Of a stretch of DNA of 64,000 bases, positions 26,402-37,131 are shown one piece after another. The translations under genes and the position numbers were made by a program. Position 1 is the first letter of the stretch. Each line of letters starts with the position of its first letter. The stretch spans positions 8,183 to 72,182 of the forward strand of contig JAMQHH010000005.1 in the NCBI GenBank assembly GCA_025993875.1, given 5' to 3'. This DNA is from Candidatus Dojkabacteria bacterium (GTDB lineage Bacteria > Patescibacteriota > Dojkabacteria > J137). The notes under the pieces were generated by a model, which ran no database searches, was not told the DNA's origin, and worked only from the letters and a program-made list of their open reading frames with translations.

Positions 26402-29400
26402 ATGAAGCAATTTTCTAAAATTCCTCTTTCTACAAGAGTGCTTTTTGGTGCAATTTGCACCCTTTCGCTTTTAACAGTGGTTAGAGATTTATCTTCCCGA
26501 AATTTTGAAGCTTTTGGTAATTTGCAATCGGTAACAGCACAGGAAAGCTCTTCCGAAACAATTACAAAAGCCAAAACTCCATCGTTTCCCGAAACTTATA
26601 ATGGTGAGTATAAAATTATTGATTCCTTCGGACGGGCTTTGGTAATAAATCCGGGTAATAAAGCGGATCCAATTAAAACTGTTGCAGAAGTAGACGGAAA
26701 AATCTGGGGAATGGAATTAAACAGCAAAAGCGGGGTAAATATGGGAACTTATTCCGGTGACCTTCGTCCTATTGATTTTATAAGTGGCAAAGGTACCGTA
26801 GAAGATCTAGGCATGAGTTTTGTGGTTATAAGTACAACTAATGATGGTAATGTTGATAGTCTTGTTAAAGCAATAAATGAAGCTGTGGATAACGGGAAAA
26901 TGCCGGTTATCAGGTTGTGTATTGGCCCATGTAATTTTATAATAAAAGGGTCTGCACAAACCGTTGGTGAATCTATGGCCAAATTTTATCTTCAGGTTGC
27001 GCAAGCTTTGGAAGGCTCCGACGCACAGTTTGTAGCAAGTTTGGGCCCAAACGAACCCGGCACGGGTAATGAGATGGCGGATTTTTTATTAACCTCGGAT
27101 GTTAATTACGGATATTCAATTTTACCCGAAGCCGCAAATATTGCAGCAAGGCTTTTACAGGGATACAGAGGCGACACGATGTATTTAGCCCCGGGGATTT
27201 TTAACATAACGAATACAAAAAATGATGATTTTTTAGCATATTCAAAAGTTCTAGATCCTTCTTTATTTGATTATCTTCTTGGAAATACCTATGTATTTTC
27301 GGATCTTTCGGCGCATGCTTTTTACACCGATAAAATTGGGAGTAGGACTTCTTCCGTTAAGGAGTATGTAGAATCAAACAATTTAGGATTTATAGTAACT
27401 GAGTTTGGTTCTTTTGTAACAAACGATTCTCCATCAACAGGAGATGGCGGGGAACTTTCTGTTTCTGCATTGGATTTAGTTAAATCTTCTTACAGCGAAT
27501 TATGTAGAGACCAGTCTATCGATGGAATAAACTTTTTTAGACCTTTTACAGAGGAAGAGTATGGAACCACTATCCCTATCCCCAAACAGGGTATCCCATC
27601 AGATCAGGTACTAGAGATAACATCAGTTTGTTCTGAGATTCCGCAAAAAGCAACAAAATCTAACAGGTGGCTAAATGCTAATTTCGATTCGTGTGTTGCT
27701 TTAGAAGATAATGAAAATAGTGTACTTGGTGTTTCGGATACAGCAAAGCAATACTGTAGTGTAATAAGAGGAAAAACTAGCTGGCTCTCGTTTGGAGATA
27801 GTCTTGCAGGAAACGGTGAAAGTATGGCAGGGGTAACAGGTGCAGAAGTTCTTTCTTTTGAAGGTCAGGGTGCATTAGATTTTTTAGAGGGACATCCTTT
27901 TTATACCCAGAGCTATGTCGATTCACTTAACGCAAAACTGAATGAAGAAAAAATTGCAGCAGTAAGAATTATCTTAGGTACAAATGACTGCCGTTCGGGC
28001 ATAGATCAACTTGATAATTTTAAGAAAGCTATAACATTTATAACACAAACTATTAAACAAAAAGCAGCACCAATACTGGTAACTATTATGGGAAATCCTT
28101 CGTGCACAGGAGGGGCTGAACTTTGGAATGCAAAAATTAGAGAGGTTGCAAGTTCCGAAGGAGCAGTTTTAATAGATACAACTTCGTATTATTCTAATTC
28201 TGATTTAAAAGATGATAGGCATTTAAAAAATTATGATAAATTAAATTCCGAAACAACTGCCGTTTTATCGAGTATTTCTTCAAGCTGCAAAATTTCAATT
28301 AATACAGGAAATTTGCCAACGGGTGATGATAGTTCTAATTTAGAGACAGGTGTTTCGGAAAGTATATATGTTAATTATGACGGGACATATGGGCTTGGAA
28401 GAGATACAAAACTTAAATCCTGCCAGGTTATAGAGAGTAAATCTGATTCTAAGACCTCGGCACTGGTTGTTCCATCGGGTAATGGATTTGGCATTACTCT
28501 TGTTACTTATATGGATGTAAGTCTGCCTGTTTTATCGGTGGCAAGCGCCAATCCTGCAAATAGCTCTGCAGTTATAAGTTCCACACCGTTAACTAATTAT
28601 ATTTCCGCACAAATTGGAACGCCAAAGCAGGGGGAAAATTTTTACGATTCCTTAAACCAGTTTGCCGAAGGGTTAGATTTGGGTGAGATGGGCAGTTATC
28701 CAGTTCCATGGTTAGGAAGTTTAAACTCCTCCGCAAGTTCTTTAATATACTCACTAAAGGATTATAATTTTGCAGGAAATGTGCCTATAAATTACAACAG
28801 TAATGCTCTTTATCAAAATTCTATTTCGGAAATTCAAAACGATATCGAAAACAAATTAGCGGTAGCTTCTACTTACGAAACATCGGGGGTTTACTATAAA
28901 GACGGTAAAATTCCCGACGAGCGTGCAGTTTGCTTTGCAAAAAGATCAAATATTTCCGAAATTGTTGCATGCTTTGATAACAAAGAGTTTACATCTATAA
29001 GACAAAGCAGGTACTCCGATATCGGTTCAGCCAAGTACATTTTAAAAGAGGAGGAGGTATCTTCCTGCCCGGGGATTCAAATTGCGTCAACAAACCGAAA
29101 AAATCTTTTGCCTGGACCAAAAGTTGAGGTTAAAAGGGTATCCGAACAGTTTTCGGGTTCCGAAATCTGCTGGAATTACGGTGTTAGAAAGATAAATTCT
29201 GATATCTCCGAAAACTGGAGCTTTAAATACGATAAAGTGTTTTTAGAGGAAGATAAAGCAAAGTCAAATTTAAAATGTTCTGTGGATCCTAATGCAGTGG
29301 TTTACAGGTACAACAGGTTAAATGTTTTAGTGCCGGTAAAATGTACCAATTTGATTCCACTTTGCGATTTTTCAAGCGGAAGATGTAGTTTCCCTGGGGA

Positions 29401-32400
29401 AGCCGATGTAAAAAACAGCTGTTTTGTTTACGAACATAAATCTGAAGACGAAATTTACAAAAAATCTTCTCAGGACCCTTATGCCGAATGGCCCAAATCT
29501 GCATCTATTAACTTAAACACAGCACTCTATAACCTAGTTTCGTATATTGATATTTACTTAAAGCCAAAAGGGTTGGATTTAAAAATTCCCGAAAGTGAAA
29601 ACTTCGGGTGGCAGGGGTTAATAAGACAAAGTGTGCACGATGAAGGTAAAAAAAACAATTCCAAATATATTCCTGCCGAGGTTTTTAATATGCCTTATTA
29701 TTATAACGGGGAATCTAACGAGCAGTGTGTTAACGATAAATCGAAGTTTTTCGATAACTCTATGCCTGTTGCATCTTCCAGACAGTCGGATGTATATTTC
29801 CCGCTGGCGGGTTGGATACAGATTTTAACTGAATTTGCCACAGGATATGTTGCCAATACTACTCTGCCCGATGTAAAAATTGCTCCACGACAGGAATTAG
29901 TGGCTAGTGTACAAAATGGAAATAGCAGCTTAAATCTTTCCAGCGTGCTTGGAATTGATACCAAAGCAAACGAACAATATATAGAATCTAACTTTGTTCA
30001 GTCAGGTTATGCTTCTAGAGCTCTCTCGTTCCCGCTTTATTCGTGTAACGAAATTGATGAATGCAAAAAAGATTCCAATTCGCCTCTTTGTCCCGATCCG
30101 CTAAAAGGTATAGAGATACCCAAGGATAAAGAATTTACCTGCATTAAGTTAAGGGATGGACAGAGTGAAAATTTTATAAAAAATTATCTTTGTCAAAAGG
30201 GATTTGTTTTTGAAGATGTATGCGGAAAAGATCCTTTACTTTATTGCAGTGTTCCTCAAACCGGAAATGACAGCTCAAAATCCGCCGATACGCCGGTTAA
30301 GATTGCAAGTGGGGGTTATTACGCTGTTGCCAATACTTCCGACTCCCTATTTTTTGCTACTGAAAGTTATAAAATTAAGTCAGAAAATATAACCGAATTT
30401 TCAAAAAGGCATCAGTTAGACTTTGCGATAAACGGAAACTTTTATACAGGAACCGGTTCTCCTTTAGGAATGGTCGGCCAATCACCAAACATTATATTTG
30501 ATAACATTAATGATGCTAGCAGAGCGGGCGCAGAGTTTGCATTAGTGTGGCACGATGGTAAATTAAAAACCGGAAAATCGGAAAACGATAAGTTTATAAT
30601 TTTTTACACAGATAAAATTGCAATACTGGATACTCGAAGTAAATCAATTATGGGAGAAAATGCTGATGTATTTTCACAAAAACAATTTGATGCTTTTAGA
30701 CCTCACATTAAATCTGCAGTAAGCGGGATTGCTCTTTTAGGCAGCCAGAGTAAATTACGTTATTCAGAGTCCGATTATACTACAATTAGACAAGAGGTAA
30801 GAGCGGCTACAATTATAGGGATTAAAGATAAAGGACAAAATGTAGTTTTATCGGTTTTAGATGCGGCAAATTTTTTTGGTATAGAAAATTATGTAAAAGA
30901 AAACAATTTAGAATATGCAATTATTTTGGATGCAGGAGGTTCTTCTCAAATTTATTCTAAAGCCGGTTTTCCTGATTCTGTTGATATTTATAACAATGGA
31001 ACAGTATATTCTCCGGAGGCAGAGCCAAGAGGTGTAAGTGTGTATTTCGGATTTAAAATAAGTAACAGTAGCGTTTTGGTGGGAACGAGTGATTATTGCA
31101 GTTGCATAAATAATATTAATTCGAAAGATTTTGTTCTTAACTATCCAGTTAAAAACGTTATATATGGAGGAGAAACACAAAAAATTTCTCAGGAAAATCT
31201 TGCAGCAGATTATGGGAGAGAAAGAACTATTGACGGATGGAGCGATTATCACACCGGACTAGATTGGCTTGCTACCGCAGGTGAACCTGTTTTGGCAGCC
31301 GGAGCTGGAAGTGTTTATTTTGTAGGCACAGATACCGATTCCAGTGGAAACGTTTCGGGGTACGGAAATTATGTAAAAATAAAACATTCCAACGGAATGG
31401 TAACCTTATATGCGCATTTAAGTGAATTTTTGGTTGCAGCGGGAGATAATGTTAAAGCAGGAGATGCTATAGGAAAAGTAGGCAATACCGGCAGAAGCAC
31501 CGGATCTCATATTCATTTTGAACTACGTAAAAACGATACTTGCGGGTGGGATGGAAGTTTAATTGCAGATAATTTTGGAAGCTGCAGCATAGATCCCAAA
31601 CAGTATTTTTCGGAGCTTTTTGATGAATCTGCTGCAATTCAGTGTAAAAACACTAAGTCCAACAACTATAGTACCATAATGGATTTAGCTCAAAAAGTTG
31701 AAAGTATTACAAAGGTCCCTGCCGAATTTTTGCTTTCGATTCTTACGCTCGAGAGTAGAACCGATATGGAGTTAACGCTTGGAGATTTTATAAAAAATAA
31801 TAACCCTGTTTATTCGGGAGATCCATACGATAGAAAATCTCAAGAAGGGGAAAATCCGTACAAAGCGGCCGGCCCGTATCAGTTTGTTGGGTGCTACTGG
31901 ATACCATACGGTATTCCGAGAAATATTGATCCCGATAAACTAAGGGAATTGTATCCCGGTTGTGCAGATTCTAATTACAGTACGGCAGGCCGAAATTATG
32001 ATGAAGTTTTAAACTGTGTAAAGGAGATAGGAATGGAGGCGGAATACGGTGAAGTTTTGGATAGAGAGTTTGTGGGACATTCGATGTGTGCAATGGCATC
32101 TAAATCTAAAGGATTTTTTGCTAATTTAACATCTTCTCTTTTTGATACTTTTTCGGTCGAAGATAGATCATCTTTTGCTGAGACCAATCCTATTTGGAAT
32201 GCTGCCAGATATCATTATTGCGGGAATGTTTCGCTCGGGAATGCCGAAGGACAATGTTCTTACGGATATTGGTATTCCGATGCAGCATGGGGAAGAGCAA
32301 ATGTTTTTAATAAGTTTATGGATAAGTTAAAATCCGGAGATATAAGTTTTGACCAGGTGTTTTATTATTCGGATACTTTGGAAATTGAGTGTGTAAATAG

Positions 32401-32431
32401 ATCTTATAACCAAGTAGATGACTGCCGTTAA
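26402..32431 (+). CDS. Giant secreted multi-domain cell-wall hydrolase (GH5-like + SGNH/GDSL + phosphodiester-glycosidase-like + M23 peptidase + lytic-transglycosylase-like)
   Basis: Signal peptide, then GPNEPG and TEFGSF (GH5-type acid/nucleophile blocks). FGDSLAG and LGTNDC (SGNH blocks I and III). AINGNFYTG and AIILDAGGSSQ (NAGPA/phosphodiester-glycosidase hallmark). HTGLDW...GYGNYVKIKHSNGMVTLYAHLS...SHIHFE (M23 LytM motifs). FLLSILTLESRTD (SLT-like ES motif); 2009 aa. Confidence 0.8.
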   Translation: MKQFSKIPLSTRVLFGAICTLSLLTVVRDLSSRNFEAFGNLQSVTAQESSSETITKAKTPSFPETYNGEYKIIDSFGRALVINPGNKADPIKTVAEVDGKIWGMELNSKSGVNMGTYSGDLRPIDFISGKGTVEDLGMSFVVISTTNDGNVDSLVKAINEAVDNGKMPVIRLCIGPCNFIIKGSAQTVGESMAKFYLQVAQALEGSDAQFVASLGPNEPGTGNEMADFLLTSDVNYGYSILPEAANIAARLLQGYRGDTMYLAPGIFNITNTKNDDFLAYSKVLDPSLFDYLLGNTYVFSDLSAHAFYTDKIGSRTSSVKEYVESNNLGFIVTEFGSFVTNDSPSTGDGGELSVSALDLVKSSYSELCRDQSIDGINFFRPFTEEEYGTTIPIPKQGIPSDQVLEITSVCSEIPQKATKSNRWLNANFDSCVALEDNENSVLGVSDTAKQYCSVIRGKTSWLSFGDSLAGNGESMAGVTGAEVLSFEGQGALDFLEGHPFYTQSYVDSLNAKLNEEKIAAVRIILGTNDCRSGIDQLDNFKKAITFITQTIKQKAAPILVTIMGNPSCTGGAELWNAKIREVASSEGAVLIDTTSYYSNSDLKDDRHLKNYDKLNSETTAVLSSISSSCKISINTGNLPTGDDSSNLETGVSESIYVNYDGTYGLGRDTKLKSCQVIESKSDSKTSALVVPSGNGFGITLVTYMDVSLPVLSVASANPANSSAVISSTPLTNYISAQIGTPKQGENFYDSLNQFAEGLDLGEMGSYPVPWLGSLNSSASSLIYSLKDYNFAGNVPINYNSNALYQNSISEIQNDIENKLAVASTYETSGVYYKDGKIPDERAVCFAKRSNISEIVACFDNKEFTSIRQSRYSDIGSAKYILKEEEVSSCPGIQIASTNRKNLLPGPKVEVKRVSEQFSGSEICWNYGVRKINSDISENWSFKYDKVFLEEDKAKSNLKCSVDPNAVVYRYNRLNVLVPVKCTNLIPLCDFSSGRCSFPGEADVKNSCFVYEHKSEDEIYKKSSQDPYAEWPKSASINLNTALYNLVSYIDIYLKPKGLDLKIPESENFGWQGLIRQSVHDEGKKNNSKYIPAEVFNMPYYYNGESNEQCVNDKSKFFDNSMPVASSRQSDVYFPLAGWIQILTEFATGYVANTTLPDVKIAPRQELVASVQNGNSSLNLSSVLGIDTKANEQYIESNFVQSGYASRALSFPLYSCNEIDECKKDSNSPLCPDPLKGIEIPKDKEFTCIKLRDGQSENFIKNYLCQKGFVFEDVCGKDPLLYCSVPQTGNDSSKSADTPVKIASGGYYAVANTSDSLFFATESYKIKSENITEFSKRHQLDFAINGNFYTGTGSPLGMVGQSPNIIFDNINDASRAGAEFALVWHDGKLKTGKSENDKFIIFYTDKIAILDTRSKSIMGENADVFSQKQFDAFRPHIKSAVSGIALLGSQSKLRYSESDYTTIRQEVRAATIIGIKDKGQNVVLSVLDAANFFGIENYVKENNLEYAIILDAGGSSQIYSKAGFPDSVDIYNNGTVYSPEAEPRGVSVYFGFKISNSSVLVGTSDYCSCINNINSKDFVLNYPVKNVIYGGETQKISQENLAADYGRERTIDGWSDYHTGLDWLATAGEPVLAAGAGSVYFVGTDTDSSGNVSGYGNYVKIKHSNGMVTLYAHLSEFLVAAGDNVKAGDAIGKVGNTGRSTGSHIHFELRKNDTCGWDGSLIADNFGSCSIDPKQYFSELFDESAAIQCKNTKSNNYSTIMDLAQKVESITKVPAEFLLSILTLESRTDMELTLGDFIKNNNPVYSGDPYDRKSQEGENPYKAAGPYQFVGCYWIPYGIPRNIDPDKLRELYPGCADSNYSTAGRNYDEVLNCVKEIGMEAEYGEVLDREFVGHSMCAMASKSKGFFANLTSSLFDTFSVEDRSSFAETNPIWNAARYHYCGNVSLGNAEGQCSYGYWYSDAAWGRANVFNKFMDKLKSGDISFDQVFYYSDTLEIECVNRSYNQVDDCR

Positions 32432-32828
32432 TAAAAAAACGAGAAAACTTAATAATTTTTCCACTTTTATCACTGTTTTATCGGTGGTTTTTGCACTGCT
32501 TGTAGTGTTAGTTATCGGATTATCTATACAAAGGGCATTAGAAATAAGAGCAATCGAATCTCAATTTGTAAAGCATACTGAAAATTATTATACTTCAAAA
32601 GATTATGATCTTATTGTCGACAAAACTAAAGTAAAAATTGTTTTTTACAATCAAAAACCCCAAGATTCTTTAGTAGAGATAATAAAAAAATACCTTGGTG
32701 TAAACGATTTTGAACTTATCGATAACAGTTACTCCCAAAAAAATTGGCTTAATTCTTCTACAGGCAGCGACCTTCCTATAGATACGTTTCCTCTGGAGAT
32801 TTACAAAGACGATGACAAGTTAGAATAA
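32418..32828 (+). CDS. Small single-pass membrane protein
   Basis: N-terminal TM helix VLSVVFALLVVLVIGL; 136 aa. Confidence 0.35.
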   Translation: MTAVNKKTRKLNNFSTFITVLSVVFALLVVLVIGLSIQRALEIRAIESQFVKHTENYYTSKDYDLIVDKTKVKIVFYNQKPQDSLVEIIKKYLGVNDFELIDNSYSQKNWLNSSTGSDLPIDTFPLEIYKDDDKLE

Positions 32829-32872
32829 TTTTTCTGCTATAATCATCTTCGTAAATATTATTATAAAGTTTC

Positions 32873-35866
32873 ATGCTAAAAAGATTAAAATCCGTTTTTA
32901 ACTTAACAAACGCTCAGCTTAAAAAGACCGATAAGCCATTGATGGAAATTAAAACCTTTATGCAATCTGTTGCAAACCTAACAGATGAAAAAATAAAAGA
33001 ACGTGTTTTTGAGATAAAAAACGAAATAAGAAAGATTGTAGAAAAAATTCCCGATGAAGATAGATTGTCTTTAAAAAAAATTGATCGAAGAGTCGCTCTT
33101 CCTCCTTTGGAAAAAGAGATTCAAACAGCTCTTTTTAAGGTAATGCCCGAGTTTTACGCAATGGTTGCCGAAACTTATAAACGAAAAGTTGGTTTTACCT
33201 ATCACGATGTCCAGCTAAGAGCAGGAATTATTTTGGCCGAAGGACAGAGGCTTGTCGAATTGGCAACCGGTGAAGGTAAAACCATGACATTTCAGTTGCC
33301 TTTACTATTATATGCCTTGGCGGGAAGAGGAGCCCATCTTGTTACAGTAAACGATTATCTTTCCAAAAGAGACGGTGAATATGCAGGGCATATTGCTGCA
33401 GCTTTAGGTTTAACCGTAGGTATTGTTACCTCGGCTGCAAATTATAAATTTATAACAGATTCCGAAATTAAAACATATAAAGGCGAGGAAGGGGAAGCAA
33501 AACGAAAAGAACTGGTAATCGATATTTCCAAAATGGATTCTTTAAATTTAATAGAATGCGCTAAAAAAGATGCATATGGTTGTGATATAACATACGGAAC
33601 AAATAACGAATTCGGATTTGATTACTTACGGGATAACATGGCATGGGATACAAAGTCTCTTTCTCAAAGAGAGTTGTATTTTTGTGTAATAGACGAAGCC
33701 GATTCAATTTTAATTGATGAAGCAAGAACACCTTTAATAATTTCTGGTATGCCAAGTGATTCCGACACTGAAAAATACAAAAATTTTGCTGGTGCTGTGT
33801 CTAATCTGGAAGAAGGGAAAGATTTTGAAATTGACCACAAAACACGTGCAGTTTCTTTAACGGAGGTCGGAATTGAAAAGGTGGAATCGAATCTTGGAGT
33901 TTCCAATTTATGGAAAGATTACTCCTCTGCTTACCATATCGAAAACGCTCTAAAAGCTAAAACATTATTTAAAAAGGATGATGAATATTTAGTACGTAAT
34001 GGAGAGGTTTTAATAGTTGACGAATTTACAGGTAGAGTTTTACCGGGTCGAAGATATTCCGAAGGATTACATCAGGCAATCGAGGCAAAGGAAGGAGTAG
34101 ATATAAAGCAGGAAAGCAAAACATATGCCACAATTACATTTCAAAATTATTTTAGGCTTTACAAAGTTCTTGGCGGTGGTTCGGGAACAATAATGACCGA
34201 AGCTGAGGAGTTTTACAAAATTTATGGCTTGGAGTCTATACCTGTTCCCACAAATAAACCTATTATCCGAAAGGATAATCCCGATGTTATCTATAAAACT
34301 CAAAATGCAAAATTTAATGCAGTAATTAAGGATGTAATAGAAAGACATAATATTGGCCAGCCTGTACTAATTGGTACAACCTCGGTAGAAAAGTCGGAGA
34401 TAGTTTCTCAATTGTTAGATAAAGCCGGAATTACACATAGCGTTCTAAATGCAAAATTCCACGAGCAGGAAGCAAAAATTATAGAAAAAGCAGGAAGCCG
34501 TGGTGCTGTAACAGTTGCAACAAACATGGCGGGAAGAGGAGCCGATATTGTAATTGGAGGTGGAAGAAGGGGCGACGAAGCCTACAAAGAAGTTTTAGAA
34601 CTTGGAGGTTTACATGTAATAGGTACGGAACGTCACGAGGCAAGAAGAATCGATAACCAGTTAAGAGGAAGAACAGGGCGTCAGGGAGAACCGGGGAGTT
34701 CCAGATTCTATGTTTCGTTGGAAGATCAGCTAATGAAGATTTTAGGAGGCGAAATTATGCAACGAATTTTAAGTTTTGTCGGCTTAAAAGAAGATATGCC
34801 AATAGAAGCAGGACTTATTTCGAGGCAGATCGAAACCGCGCAAAAACGAATTGAAGGGATGAACTTTGATAACCGAAAAAGAATTGTCGAGTACGATGAT
34901 GTAATGAACCAGCACAGAGAGATTTTTTATTCCCGTAGACGCAGACTTTTAACACTTTCGGATAATTCCATGGGCGTTTTTTCGATAGATTCTAATAACG
35001 AAGATACAAAGAGCAAAATCGAAAAAGCAAAATCCGAATTAAAGGAGCTTATTATATCTTTTATAAGTAAAGAGGTAGAAGGTATTTTGGAACCCGGTTT
35101 TAACAATTCAAAAATATTTAATAAAAATGAGTTTACCCACTTATTTAAAGAGTTGCAGGAAGTTCTGCCCTTGGGAATATTAGCCCAAATACTAAATACC
35201 GGTACAACAGAAAGTGAAAATGTTGTGTTCGAAAAAATTGTCAGTAAAAAGGAGTGGAATGCAATACTGGAATACACTAAAGATTTAAGCACTAAAGTTA
35301 CAGAAAAGAAATTTGAAACTTTTGGGAACGAATTATACTATGTGGCAAAGGTGTTAATACTTCAATCTTTCGATAATTTGTGGATTGATCATCTGGAATT
35401 AATGAAAGATATTAGGGAGGGTATAGGATTGCAGGCATACGCTCAAAAAGATCCATTAGTAGAATATAAAAACGAAGCTTTTGTTATTTTCAGTTCATTT
35501 ATTAGAAAGGTTAATACAGAGGTTGCAAGAAAGATTTTAAGAATCGAAAAACAGCAAAGAGTTACAGCACCTGCACAACGGGAAATAGTTACAAATACAC
35601 AAGATATCGATGATATAAGTACCGGCGACAGAGAATTTTTGCCCGGCGAAAGTGAAGTTATCACAGAAGGGGGTTCTCAAAATTCTAAAAAACTTGTAGA
35701 AAAACTTTTAGCTCAGAGAAAAAAACAGGAATCTACTTTATCAGAATCCGGAGGCAAAAGCAGCAAAACGCTGTTAACCGATAAGTTTAAAGATGTTGGT
35801 CGAAACGATTTATGCCCGTGCGGAAGCGGAAAAAAATTTAAAAAATGCCATGGGGCTGTAGTTTAG
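32873..35866 (+). CDS. secA: Preprotein translocase ATPase SecA
   Basis: DEAD-like motor motifs (ATGEGKTM; DEADSILIDEARTPLIISG), helical scaffold, and the C-terminal zinc-binding tail CPCGSGKKFKKCHG; 997 aa. Confidence 0.95.
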   Translation: MLKRLKSVFNLTNAQLKKTDKPLMEIKTFMQSVANLTDEKIKERVFEIKNEIRKIVEKIPDEDRLSLKKIDRRVALPPLEKEIQTALFKVMPEFYAMVAETYKRKVGFTYHDVQLRAGIILAEGQRLVELATGEGKTMTFQLPLLLYALAGRGAHLVTVNDYLSKRDGEYAGHIAAALGLTVGIVTSAANYKFITDSEIKTYKGEEGEAKRKELVIDISKMDSLNLIECAKKDAYGCDITYGTNNEFGFDYLRDNMAWDTKSLSQRELYFCVIDEADSILIDEARTPLIISGMPSDSDTEKYKNFAGAVSNLEEGKDFEIDHKTRAVSLTEVGIEKVESNLGVSNLWKDYSSAYHIENALKAKTLFKKDDEYLVRNGEVLIVDEFTGRVLPGRRYSEGLHQAIEAKEGVDIKQESKTYATITFQNYFRLYKVLGGGSGTIMTEAEEFYKIYGLESIPVPTNKPIIRKDNPDVIYKTQNAKFNAVIKDVIERHNIGQPVLIGTTSVEKSEIVSQLLDKAGITHSVLNAKFHEQEAKIIEKAGSRGAVTVATNMAGRGADIVIGGGRRGDEAYKEVLELGGLHVIGTERHEARRIDNQLRGRTGRQGEPGSSRFYVSLEDQLMKILGGEIMQRILSFVGLKEDMPIEAGLISRQIETAQKRIEGMNFDNRKRIVEYDDVMNQHREIFYSRRRRLLTLSDNSMGVFSIDSNNEDTKSKIEKAKSELKELIISFISKEVEGILEPGFNNSKIFNKNEFTHLFKELQEVLPLGILAQILNTGTTESENVVFEKIVSKKEWNAILEYTKDLSTKVTEKKFETFGNELYYVAKVLILQSFDNLWIDHLELMKDIREGIGLQAYAQKDPLVEYKNEAFVIFSSFIRKVNTEVARKILRIEKQQRVTAPAQREIVTNTQDIDDISTGDREFLPGESEVITEGGSQNSKKLVEKLLAQRKKQESTLSESGGKSSKTLLTDKFKDVGRNDLCPCGSGKKFKKCHGAVV

Positions 35867-36270
35867 TTGTAAAAAGCGAAAAGCTGAAAAGGCCACTTAC
35901 CTTCTGGGGTTTTTGTGGTAACTTTTTTGGTAAGATTATCTGCGCCGGTTCTTATATATCGGGGTAAAACATAGTCATTACTTAGAATAAGTAAAAAAAT
36001 TATCCCTCCATTTGCAAGGTAACTTTTTTGCAAAGCTCTTACAAAATCTACTAAATTATCGGGTTTTGATGCATCTTCTTTACTTAACACTAAAATAATT
36101 CTGGAATACTGTTTTTTTATTGTATCTAAACTAAACAGCTTAATTTGATCAATCTGGTTATCGGCTGTTTTAAAAATATCAAAATTTGAACCCGAATATA
36201 AAACTGCACCTTTGTTTGTGTATTCGGAAATTAAATCCAATGCTTTTTTTAATTCTGTGATACTTTCCAA
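35863..36270 (-). CDS. Hypothetical protein (135 aa)
   Basis: ORF only. Overlaps the secA stop by 4 nt on the opposite strand. Confidence 0.35.
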   Translation of the reverse strand: MESITELKKALDLISEYTNKGAVLYSGSNFDIFKTADNQIDQIKLFSLDTIKKQYSRIILVLSKEDASKPDNLVDFVRALQKSYLANGGIIFLLILSNDYVLPRYIRTGADNLTKKVTTKTPEGKWPFQLFAFYN

Positions 36271-36319
36271 TTAATAGTTTTAAGAATATAATGTCCTTAA
36301 AATTATAACCTAAAGCAAT

Positions 36320-37060
36320 ATGAAATACACAGAACTTAGAACAAGAGTTAGAGGAATGATTTTAATAACAGCAGGTCTAATCTCGTTTTTTATTATACTA
36401 GAAATTTTTTTTGATCTGTTTAAGGTAAGTAAAACTCATTTTCTGATTAACATTTTATCTTCGATTTCAGCAATTTTTGTTGGTCCTTTTAGAGGGATTG
36501 CAGCTACAAATGCCAATACATTTGTTAATGTAGATGCTGCAATTGCCCTTACCTCCTACGTACTTGGTGCTATAGTTTTATCGGAAATTATTACCGCATT
36601 TTTAAGAGAGAGCGCATACGAAATTTTTCAAAATTTTATTGATGCGATATTTAAGATAGTAGAATTCTTAATTTTTATTAGAATAATTGTTGTCGCGTTT
36701 TCTACTGCCGCATTAAACATTCCTTTAGCTGCAACAATAGTCAATCTCACAAACTGGACGCAGGGCGTAGTTACCAGTTTCCCTTTGGGCGGCGGGTTTT
36801 TGGATTTATCGGCAATAGTTGTACTTGGTGCAATTATTTTTCTGGATTTACTTTCGGAGAGGATAATTGAAACGATAGCAGAGAGGATAAAACTTCCCAA
36901 AATTAGAATAATACGAAAAACTAAAATCTCTGCACCTCCTGCTCCTAATAAGGAAGCTCCTCCAATAAACCAAAATATTACAATTAATATTCCTGTCCCA
37001 AAAGAAATCCCACCGCAAAAGCAGGTAATTGTTGTTAATCAAAATAAAAAGGAGAGTTAA
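36320..37060 (+). CDS. Polytopic membrane protein with proline-rich C-terminal tail
   Basis: Several hydrophobic helices. C-terminal SAPPAPNKEAPPINQNITINIPVPKEIPPQKQ. Confidence 0.4.
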   Translation: MKYTELRTRVRGMILITAGLISFFIILEIFFDLFKVSKTHFLINILSSISAIFVGPFRGIAATNANTFVNVDAAIALTSYVLGAIVLSEIITAFLRESAYEIFQNFIDAIFKIVEFLIFIRIIVVAFSTAALNIPLAATIVNLTNWTQGVVTSFPLGGGFLDLSAIVVLGAIIFLDLLSERIIETIAERIKLPKIRIIRKTKISAPPAPNKEAPPINQNITINIPVPKEIPPQKQVIVVNQNKKES

Positions 37061-37131
37061 CCCTTCTGCGTTTATAGTTCTCTGAGAACCACCTCTTTAA
37101 GCTCCAGACAGAATCGATTTTGTGTAAGTGT

